A DNA stretch of 64,000 bases from NCBI GenBank assembly GCA_002238425.1, contig MPMJ01000007.1, forward strand, positions 11,826 to 75,825, in the 5' to 3' direction. Every line of letters starts with the position of its first letter. Position 1 is the first letter of the stretch. Made by a program: the position numbers and the translations under genes. This stretch comes from SAR202 cluster bacterium bin16 (GTDB taxonomy: Bacteria > Chloroflexota > Dehalococcoidia > Lucifugimonadales > Australimonadaceae). The notes below the pieces were generated by a model, which saw only the letters and a program-made list of their open reading frames with translations, was not told where the DNA came from and ran no database searches. Positions 51,403 through 58,361 of the stretch are shown piece by piece.

Positions 51403-52503
51403 TCAGCCGCCACTCGAACTGGTGCGCTGTGCCGCGCGGGGGCGGCTGGTTCGGCCGTTTACTGGTCCGATCCGCCAGACCGTAACGCCACCCTGCGCGT
51501 CGAGGGCGGCAAGCCCGTCCCCGTCAGGCCGCCAGTACAGTTCGGCCACTGAGTCCCCCACATCTTCGGCCCCGATCGGGCTGCCGTTCCCATTTTTCTG
51601 CAGCGACCACACAACCACGGCGCCATCGCGCGCGCCCGATGCCAGGCGCCTCACGCCGGGCGCGAATGTTAAGGTCGTTATGGACTCTTGATGAAACTCC
51701 AGAACGCCGGGCCGCGTGCCTTCTGGCCCCTTTCCCCGGAAGCTCCAAACCGTGACCGCCTCTCCACCACCGGTGGCCAGAAGGGTGCCGGCGCTATCGA
51801 AAGCCAGGGCCGACGGCTTGCCAGGGTATCCTGACATCATGGAGTCCTGTTCCGTGGATCGACGCCAGAAGTGCACCGTGTTGTCCTGGCTACCGCAGAC
51901 CACGATATCCCCGTTCGGGCTCAACACCATCGACACCAGGGACCCCTGCCACTCCATCTTCTGGCGAAGCGAGCCGGTGGAAGGGTTGAAGAACGACACT
52001 CGGCCGTAACAGGCCGTCGCCAGCTCCTTTATGCTCGACCAGGCGATGGCGCTGACGGTGCTGGGGTGATCGTCGGACCGCCAGACCTCCGCTCCGTCCG
52101 CGTCATACGCACAGACCTGCCGGGAGCACGAGGCCGCCAACAATTGGCCGTCCGGCGACCACGATACGTTTTCCACCCAACCGCTGCCGACGTCGATAGA
52201 ACGGGCTACCTGACCCTCGGCGGCGCTCCAGATCAAGACTCGCCCGTCCTGGCCGGCCGTAGCAAAGGCGGTCCCACTCGGGTGGATCGCCATCGCGAGC
52301 ACACCACCTTCATGAACCTCGTGCCGCTCCCAGACGGCCGCGCCGGATCTGCCATCGAAGCCGTACACGCCACCCCCGGCATCGCCGACCACCAGCGCCT
52401 CACCGCCCAGGACCCAACCACCGGCGATAGCGTAGTCGCCGACCGTTGCAGACCAGCCTCGGTCAAGAACGCCCGTTGGGCTGCCGGCCTTTAGACCAGA
52501 CAT
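51403..52503 (-). CDS. WD40/beta-propeller repeat protein
   Basis: ORF 51403..52587. ATG at 52503 (MSGLKAG...). Repeated units end in W-type motifs (GRVLIWSAAEG, NTVHFWRRS, EAVTVWSF, GAVVVWSL, GGVTVWRI). There is a 13-nt overlap with the upstream COG0523 gene. Confidence 0.75.
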   Translation of the reverse strand: MSGLKAGSPTGVLDRGWSATVGDYAIAGGWVLGGEALVVGDAGGGVYGFDGRSGAAVWERHEVHEGGVLAMAIHPSGTAFATAGQDGRVLIWSAAEGQVARSIDVGSGWVENVSWSPDGQLLAASCSRQVCAYDADGAEVWRSDDHPSTVSAIAWSSIKELATACYGRVSFFNPSTGSLRQKMEWQGSLVSMVLSPNGDIVVCGSQDNTVHFWRRSTEQDSMMSGYPGKPSALAFDSAGTLLATGGGEAVTVWSFRGKGPEGTRPGVLEFHQESITTLTFAPGVRRLASGARDGAVVVWSLQKNGNGSPIGAEDVGDSVAELYWRPDGDGLAALDAQGGVTVWRIGPVNGRTSRPRAAQRTSSSGG

Positions 52504-53837
52504 GCTTCGAATTCCTCCCGCATACTCTGTCCATCGAGGTTGCGGCCGATGAAGACGAGCTGATTGCGCCGGGGCGCGTCCCCCCATTCTCGCTCCGGCT
52601 GTCCGTCAAAGAGCATGTGAACCCCCTGGAAAACGAAGCGACGCGAGTCTCCCGCAATACTGATGAAGCCCTTCATGCGGAAGATGTCCACCCCACGCTC
52701 ACTGAGCAGTTTGCTAAGCCAATCGTCGAGCCTTTGGGGATCGCAGTCGCCGTCTCTCTCGATAGAGATCGATCCCACCTCATCGTCGTGCTCGTGCTGA
52801 GCGACCCAGGTCCGGTCGGCCTTGACTGGAACCACCGCTCCATCCGCGTTCCTCAGGTGGAGCTGGAACTCCTCCGCCAGGTGCTGGGCGTAAAGACCAA
52901 ACAGCCCCGGCGTATCGACTTCAAGGAAGAAAGACTTGCTTCCCGGGACATCGAGCCGGAGGTTCACATGCTTGTCGAAGGGAATCTCTCCCCCCGGCTG
53001 AATGATTTCCGCAGGCTCGGCGTACTCCCGGACGCACCACTCCGCACCCTCTCGGAGGGCAGCGTCATCCGTGGCCTGGCCAGACACGACGATCAGCGAC
53101 ATCGCCGGATCGGGTCCTTCGGCAAGCTTGAGTTCGTAGCGGCCGGCATCGAGCGAATAGACCCCCGTCCATTCGAAGGGATACTCCGGCTCGAGGAAGG
53201 TGGGACGACGCTCGAGGACCTCGTTCAGGTTGAAGGCGCCGAGGTCGAGGACAGTGTCGACGGGTACGTTCGCTCGCTCGCTGCGCACGACTCGCGCCAT
53301 TCGGTTCATGCCTCGGAGTCGAGCTTCCAAACTGTCGAGGGCCTCGCCGTTGACGAGGTCCGTCTTGTTGAGGAGGAGAACGTCTGCGAACGCGATTTGC
53401 TCCGTGCTTTCTTTGCTTCGGCCGAGCTGCTGGTTGATGTGGGCCGCATCGACGAGCGTGACGATCCCGTCAAGCGAATACTCCGCACGAAGCTCGTCAT
53501 CCATGAAGAACGTCTGAGCGACCGGCCCGGGATCGGCGAGCCCTGTGGTCTCCACCAGCACATAGTCGAACTTGTCACGGCGCTTATTGAGATTGTTGAG
53601 TACGCGGATCAGGTCTCCGCGCACCGTGCAGCAGATGCAGCCGTTCGACATCTCGAAGACCTCCTCGTCAGCGTTGATGACGAGGGCCTGATCGATGCCG
53701 ACCTCCCCATACTCGTTCTCGATCACGGCGATGCGCTTGCCGTGCTCCTCAGTCAAGATCCGGTTGAGCAGGGTAGTCTTGCCAGAGCCGAGGAAGCCGG
53801 TGAGGATGGTAACGGGTACTCTGCGAGACGTGTTCAT
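52491..53837 (-). CDS. COG0523/CobW-family G3E GTPase (putative metallochaperone) with long inter-domain insertion
   Basis: 448 aa. P-loop GFLGSGKTTLLN, the CxCC metal motif (SNGCICCTV), ETTGLADP, NKTDL, an acidic/His patch HEHDDE, and the CobW_C region (FRMKGFISIAGDSRRFVFQGVH). Confidence 0.88.
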   Translation of the reverse strand: MNTSRRVPVTILTGFLGSGKTTLLNRILTEEHGKRIAVIENEYGEVGIDQALVINADEEVFEMSNGCICCTVRGDLIRVLNNLNKRRDKFDYVLVETTGLADPGPVAQTFFMDDELRAEYSLDGIVTLVDAAHINQQLGRSKESTEQIAFADVLLLNKTDLVNGEALDSLEARLRGMNRMARVVRSERANVPVDTVLDLGAFNLNEVLERRPTFLEPEYPFEWTGVYSLDAGRYELKLAEGPDPAMSLIVVSGQATDDAALREGAEWCVREYAEPAEIIQPGGEIPFDKHVNLRLDVPGSKSFFLEVDTPGLFGLYAQHLAEEFQLHLRNADGAVVPVKADRTWVAQHEHDDEVGSISIERDGDCDPQRLDDWLSKLLSERGVDIFRMKGFISIAGDSRRFVFQGVHMLFDGQPEREWGDAPRRNQLVFIGRNLDGQSMREEFEACLV

Positions 53838-53856
53838 ATAGGGTCCTCCTTTAGAC

Positions 53857-53868
53857 CATATTGATATG
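53857..53868. promoter_or_regulatory. AT-only palindrome in the COG0523 leader (candidate Zur/Fur-type operator)
   Basis: CATAT-TG-ATATG, a perfect 5-2-5 palindrome. It lies between the putative -10 element (53891..53896) and the RBS (about 53843..53848), within the only AT-rich patch of this intergenic region. Confidence 0.35.
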
Positions 53869-53890
53869 AAGTATCGCTATGTAGGAGTGC

Positions 53891-53920
53891 AGGCTACCCC
53901 GCCGGCGGTGCAGCTGTCAA
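53891..53920 (-). promoter_or_regulatory. putative promoter of the COG0523-WD40 operon
   Basis: The minus strand reads TTGACA (53915..53920), an 18-nt spacer, then TAGCCT (53891..53896). Confidence 0.4.
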
Positions 53921-53983
53921 CCATTACGGAAACATCTGCCTCAGGCGCATCCTCTGCTGTTGCCCCATGCCCCATAGCACCGC

Positions 53984-54012
53984 TTGACACTCCCGACGCC
54001 CGCCACTAGCCT
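53984..54012 (+). promoter_or_regulatory. putative promoter of the MaoC-pair operon
   Basis: The plus strand reads TTGACA (53984..53989), a 17-nt spacer, then TAGCCT (54007..54012). It is divergent from the COG0523 promoter, and the C tract starts immediately downstream. Confidence 0.4.
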
Positions 54013-54086
54013 CCCCGCCCCCCCCCGCCCCCCCCCCCCCCCGCCCCCCGCCCCCCCCCCCCCCCCCCGCCACGCGCCCCCCCGCC
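54011..54086 (+). repeat. ~75-nt near-homopolymeric C tract (G tract on the minus strand)
   Basis: Between about 54011 and 54086 the plus strand is almost exclusively C, with isolated G/A interruptions (CCCCGCCCCCCCCCGCCCC...). It ends about 25 nt before the GTG start at 54111. Confidence 0.8.
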
Positions 54087-54110
54087 GATCCCAGCACCGG
54101 AGCAGCAGAC

Positions 54111-54527
54111 GTGTCCATACTCACTCCCGCGATGCAGGCCGCCGTCGGGCACGACGGTGAGTCGCGCACCGCCATCATCGAACGCGGCGCCATTGAGCGC
54201 TTCGCCGCCGCCATCGGCGACGACAACCCCGCCTACCCCGACGTCGCGCCGCCGACCTTCCTGCGCTCCGTCGGCCTCGCCATCCCCACCCTTCCCGACA
54301 GCGAGTCCGTGCCGCGCGTGCTGGACGGCGGCAGTGAGTGGACGTACGGCGAGCCGGTGCGTCCGGGCGACGCCATCACGATCGTCACGCAGATGGAAAC
54401 GCTCATCGAGCGCGAGGGACGCATGGGGTCGATGCTCATCGCCACCTACGTCACCCGCTACACGAACCAGCGCGGCGAACTCGCCGCATCGCAACGCAAC
54501 ACCCTCATAAGGATGCCCGCAGCATGA
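54111..54527 (+). CDS. MaoC-like dehydratase, N-terminal-type hotdog subunit
   Basis: 138 aa with a GTG start. IERGAIERFAAAIGDDNPAY...PPTFL is typical of the FAS1-like/MaoC_dehydrat_N hotdog domain. The stop overlaps the next start (ATGA). Confidence 0.75.
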   Translation: MSILTPAMQAAVGHDGESRTAIIERGAIERFAAAIGDDNPAYPDVAPPTFLRSVGLAIPTLPDSESVPRVLDGGSEWTYGEPVRPGDAITIVTQMETLIEREGRMGSMLIATYVTRYTNQRGELAASQRNTLIRMPAA

Positions 54528-54946
54528 GCACGCAGCCGTACCTGGACGACGCCGCAGTCGGCACGGAACTCCCCGCGCTGGTCAAGGAGCCGACGACCCG
54601 CCAGCTGGTGATGTACGCAGGCGCGTCCGGCGACTTCTACGAGATCCACTACGACAAGGACTTCGCCGCGGAGCAGGGCCTGCCCGGCGTGATCCTGCAC
54701 GGCGCGCTGAAGAGCGCATACCTCGGCCAGCTCGTCACGGACTGGGTGAGGGCGGAGGGGCGGCTGCTGTCGCTCTCGGTCCGCTACCGCGAGATGGACG
54801 TTCCAGGCGATGTGCTTACGTGCAAGGGCACGGTGGTGGAGCGTGACGAGGACGCAGGCTCCGTGCGCTGCGACATCTGGATAGAGAACGGCGCTGGCGT
54901 TCGCACGACCACGGGCGAAGCCGTCGTCGCGCTGCCGTCGCGCTAG
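54524..54946 (+). CDS. MaoC-family (R)-hydratase hotdog subunit
   Basis: The in-frame ATG at 54524 lies within ORF 54338..54946. YAGASGDFYEIHYDKDFAAEQGLPGVILHGAL is the hydratase-2 motif context. Confidence 0.8.
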   Translation: MSTQPYLDDAAVGTELPALVKEPTTRQLVMYAGASGDFYEIHYDKDFAAEQGLPGVILHGALKSAYLGQLVTDWVRAEGRLLSLSVRYREMDVPGDVLTCKGTVVERDEDAGSVRCDIWIENGAGVRTTTGEAVVALPSR

Positions 54947-54957
54947 TCCTTCGTCTA

Positions 54958-54986
54958 CGTCGTTCCTGCGAAGGCAGGAACCTCGC
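54958..54986 (+). repeat. hairpin repeat, family B, full copy
   Basis: CGTC-GTTCCTGC-GAAG-GCAGGAAC-CTCGC, identical in its core to 47556..47588. It lies between convergent genes. Confidence 0.65.
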
Positions 54987-55007
54987 CCGTGAGCAGGGTG
55001 GAGGGAG

Positions 55008-55547
55008 TTACGCCCCGTCCTGCAGGGCCTCCCACTCCTCGCGGGTCAACTCCATCAGGATGAAGTTGTACCCCGCGCGGCGCACAGGCTTCACCTCGCG
55101 GAACCCGCACATCGCGAAGGCGCGCCGGGCGCGGGCGTTCCACTCCAGCGTGTGCAGGTAGAGCCGGCCCATCGCCACGTTCTTGAAGCACTGCGCCACC
55201 AGCAGTTGCACCGCCTCCCGACCGTAGCCCCTGCCCCAGTAGTCCCGGTTCCCGACCAGGATGCCGACCTCGCACTGGCCCTTGATGTTGTCGATGTCGT
55301 ACACCATGCAGTTGCCGATGTGCAGGCCGTCCAGCGTGTCGATGCCGTAGCGGCGCACCCATGGCGTGGGGTACTTCAACTCGTTCGCGTAGTCGCGCAG
55401 GAAGTCCTCCAGCGGCTGCCGGAGTCGCGGCGCGGCGTCGAGTTCGGCGAGCTCCTGGTCGGACCGCCAGCGATGGTCGTCCTCGCCGTCCTCGATGCGC
55501 TTGTCGCGGATCACGACCTTCTGCCCGCGGATGCCGTTCTCGCTCAT
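55008..55547 (-). CDS. GNAT-family N-acetyltransferase
   Basis: 179 aa. The acetyl-CoA pocket is VGNRDYWGRGYGREAVQLL, followed by N.RA...ya.cGF (NARARRAFAMCGFRE). Confidence 0.85.
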   Translation of the reverse strand: MSENGIRGQKVVIRDKRIEDGEDDHRWRSDQELAELDAAPRLRQPLEDFLRDYANELKYPTPWVRRYGIDTLDGLHIGNCMVYDIDNIKGQCEVGILVGNRDYWGRGYGREAVQLLVAQCFKNVAMGRLYLHTLEWNARARRAFAMCGFREVKPVRRAGYNFILMELTREEWEALQDGA

Positions 55548-55990
55548 CGAACGGGCTCCCCTGCGTCCAGCGCCGCCATCGCCCGCTGCAACACCTCGCG
55601 CTCCGATGGGTAGGTCAGCGTGTCGCGGGCTTCCACAGCGGAAACCCAGCGCACGACGTCGAACTCCGGGTCATGGTCGTCGAACGAGCCGCCGCACGGT
55701 CGCATGAGGTAGAAGTACACCCGCTTGTGGATGCGCTCACCGTCGCCGGTGAACCAGTACTCGATGTGCCCAAGCGGAGCCGCTATCTCCACGGACAGCC
55801 CGGTCTCCTCACGCACCTCGCGCAGCGCCGTCTCCTCCAGCGTCTCGCCGCTGTCCGGAGTGCCTTTGGGCAGCGCCCACAGGCCGGTCTTCAGACGGCC
55901 GCACACCGCCACCATCACGTCGCCGCCGTGCTCCTCACAGACCACGCCGCCCGCAGACACAGCCTGCGTAACCCGGGAACCGCCTGCCAT
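55544..55990 (-). CDS. NUDIX hydrolase
   Basis: The in-frame ATG at 55990 lies within ORF 55544..56392. The Nudix box is GTPDSGETLEETALREVREETGL. There is a 4-nt overlap with the GNAT start. Confidence 0.85.
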   Translation of the reverse strand: MAGGSRVTQAVSAGGVVCEEHGGDVMVAVCGRLKTGLWALPKGTPDSGETLEETALREVREETGLSVEIAAPLGHIEYWFTGDGERIHKRVYFYLMRPCGGSFDDHDPEFDVVRWVSAVEARDTLTYPSEREVLQRAMAALDAGEPVR

Positions 55991-55992
55991 GG

Positions 55993-56922
55993 CTACGGCT
56001 CCTGCAACGTGAGCATGGAGAAGTCGCCCTCGTCGGCTTCCAGCACGCGCAGCGCTTCCTGCGCGGCCTCGCTCAGCGTCGAATCGCCCTGCTCCACGTA
56101 GTGCTTGAGCAGTCTGCGCGCCGCCGTGCCGCCGATGCCGCCGACGGCGTGCACTGCCGCGAGCGCCACCTGCGGGTCGTCGTCGTTCGTCAGTTCGTGC
56201 AGGTGGGGCAGCGTCTTCGCATCCGCGAGTTCGCGCGCCGCGTTGGCTGCCTCGAAACGCATCGCGGCGATGTCGCTGCCGAACTCCGCCACGATGACGG
56301 GCAGCCATGCCGGATCGCAGGTGCGCCCCATCGCGTAGACGGCGCTCTGCCGCAGCAGCGGTTCGCCGCTCTGGTAGGCCCACCGGATCCACCCCGGAAC
56401 ATCCGGGTGGCGCATCGGCGCTATCGCCTCCAGCGCTCGGCGGCGCACCGCGGCCTCCTCAGCCTCGTCCTCCACCGCGCCGAGGAGCGCGCTCCGCAAT
56501 ATCGCGACGTCGCGCTCGATCAGCTTCCCCGCCTCGGCCATCTCCGCGAAGTGGCTCAGCGCGCTGGCGGCAGCCGCTCGCGCCTCGTGGGAGTCGTCGG
56601 TCTCGAGCATCGTCGTGAGCGGAGCGATGACAATGCGGTCTACGGTCTCCCACAGTCCGGCAGCGGCGCTCGCGCGCACGGAAGCGTCGTCGTCCTTCAG
56701 CGAGGCACACAGCAGAGCGGTGAACTCCATCTCGATGTTGTCCTCGGCCATGCCCGTCACCGCGCGGATGATCATCAGCCGGCGCGCCGTGGGGATGTCG
56801 CTCCATACCTGGAACAACTCGCGCTGTTCCTCGGGCGCCAGCCCGCTGAGGCGTCCGAGCAGGGACGGCTTCAGTTCGGAGCCCGCGTCGAGCAGTTGGG
56901 GGATGACGTCGCCGAGCGCCAT
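55993..56922 (-). CDS. HEAT-repeat protein
   Basis: 309 aa of Ala/Leu-rich helical repeats containing D..VR..AA.aL-type motifs (DDDASVRASAAAGL, DDSHEARAAAASAL, DDPQVALAAVHAVG). Confidence 0.65.
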   Translation of the reverse strand: MALGDVIPQLLDAGSELKPSLLGRLSGLAPEEQRELFQVWSDIPTARRLMIIRAVTGMAEDNIEMEFTALLCASLKDDDASVRASAAAGLWETVDRIVIAPLTTMLETDDSHEARAAAASALSHFAEMAEAGKLIERDVAILRSALLGAVEDEAEEAAVRRRALEAIAPMRHPDVPGWIRWAYQSGEPLLRQSAVYAMGRTCDPAWLPVIVAEFGSDIAAMRFEAANAARELADAKTLPHLHELTNDDDPQVALAAVHAVGGIGGTAARRLLKHYVEQGDSTLSEAAQEALRVLEADEGDFSMLTLQEP

Positions 56923-56924
56923 GG

Positions 56925-58361
56925 CTAACCCGTGCTGGATACCGAGATCCCACCGACGGCGATGGCGGGAGCGTAGAGGCTTCCCATCCAGCGTCCCTCG
57001 CTCCCCAGCGCCAGCACGTCGTTCAGGGCGCGGTATGCATTGCCGGATATCATCGTGTTCTTCACCCGGCCTACAACACGGCCGTGCTCCACCTTATACC
57101 CCAGCAATATGTTCGCATTGAAGTCTCCGCCCAGCACGTTGCTCTGCCCCGCGCCGAGCAGCCGTTCCACGATGAGCGCCTCTTCCATACCCGCGATGAT
57201 GTCGTCCAGCGCGGCGTCGCCCTCGTCCACGAGCAGCACGCTCGTCGACGGTCCCGGCAGCGAGCCGAGCCCGCGCTCGCCCGCGCCGGGCGGGGCCCCC
57301 CCCCCCACCGCGCGCAGCCCGCCCGTGGCGGCCCCCGGCCGGGAGCCGCCCCCGCGCCCCCCCGCGCCGGTGCTGGCGACCCCCGCCTGTCCCGCCGTCT
57401 GCAGGTCGTAGAAGAACGCCGAAGCAACGCCGGATTCGATGAGCGGCATACGGCGGCTCGCCACGCACTCGTCGTCGGCAGGCCGCGCGCCCGCCACGCC
57501 GGTGAGCGTTGGGTCGTCGGTCAGGCTGAAGCGCTCGTCCACGATGCGCTCGCCGAGCCGTCCTACGAGCGGCGACGTGCCCTGCAGCACGGACTTGCCG
57601 TTCAATCCGGCGAGCAGTGGCGAGAGCAGCACGCTCCGCACCGCCGTCGGCATCAGGATCACGGGCATGGTTTTCGTCTCCGCTGCCGCCGTCTCCTTCG
57701 CCCATTCGAGCTGCCGGATGACGGACGAGACGACGCCGGACGGGTCGTGCAACGCGGCGATGCTGCTCTCGCTGTCCATCGTGAAAAGCATGTCCTCGCC
57801 GCGTATCACCGTGCCCTCGAACCCCAACTGGAAGCGTGAGCGCTCATACGCAACACTCCCGCCCCGGCTGTTCACCAGAGCAAGCGTAGACGTGGACTTG
57901 CCGACGCCACCCTCTATCTGCGCTTCGGTGGAGTAGGCGCGCAGGTCATCGATGGCCCGCTCGCCCAGCGCCACCATCTCTTCGAGGGTCGCCTCCTCCA
58001 CGGATGCGTCATAAGGGCGAACGTCCGGATACGACTGCGCCCCGGGGAACTCGAAGTGCGCCTCGGCACCGAACGGTGCCGTCTCGATGGCCGCATCGAC
58101 CAGTGCCTGCGGTTCGTCCAGGTTCGACGTGGAACTGAAGCCGACGCGACCGTCCTTGATGATGCGGAGCGCCGCGCCCATGGCGTCGTTCGCGTCGACG
58201 CCCTTGATGACGTTCGCCTCGAATCGCACGGGCGTGCTGGACGACGCGGCGTAGAAGACCTCCGCCTCGTCGGCGGAACGGAGCGCCCGCTCCAGTATCT
58301 GCTCCGCCGCAACCCTGGCCTGCTCCGGGGAAACGATGGCTACGCTCCTCCGATGAGACAC
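56925..58361 (-). CDS. pmbA: TldD/PmbA-family metalloprotease subunit (PmbA/TldE-like)
   Basis: ORF 56925..58520. I prefer the in-frame GTG at 58361 (a 22-nt overlap with the tldD end). No ATG, GTG or TTG lies closer to the conserved N-terminus (AEQILERALRSADEAEVF). C-terminal GDFNANILLGYKVEHGRVVG..V. The start is uncertain. Confidence 0.78.
   Translation of the reverse strand: MSHRRSVAIVSPEQARVAAEQILERALRSADEAEVFYAASSSTPVRFEANVIKGVDANDAMGAALRIIKDGRVGFSSTSNLDEPQALVDAAIETAPFGAEAHFEFPGAQSYPDVRPYDASVEEATLEEMVALGERAIDDLRAYSTEAQIEGGVGKSTSTLALVNSRGGSVAYERSRFQLGFEGTVIRGEDMLFTMDSESSIAALHDPSGVVSSVIRQLEWAKETAAAETKTMPVILMPTAVRSVLLSPLLAGLNGKSVLQGTSPLVGRLGERIVDERFSLTDDPTLTGVAGARPADDECVASRRMPLIESGVASAFFYDLQTAGQAGVASTGAGGRGGGSRPGAATGGLRAVGGGAPPGAGERGLGSLPGPSTSVLLVDEGDAALDDIIAGMEEALIVERLLGAGQSNVLGGDFNANILLGYKVEHGRVVGRVKNTMISGNAYRALNDVLALGSEGRWMGSLYAPAIAVGGISVSSTG

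Noticed and set aside
51200-51435. Possible cobalamin riboswitch or SRP RNA (fragments such as AGTCAGCAGTGCC, GCCACTCG, GATCAGGAAGACGTAGC).
   Set aside because: The motif order and spacing do not match what I recall of the B12-box/cobalamin consensus or the SRP helix-8 GGAA/AGCA loops. No same-strand gene follows that a riboswitch could control. I kept it only as an unexplained structured region.
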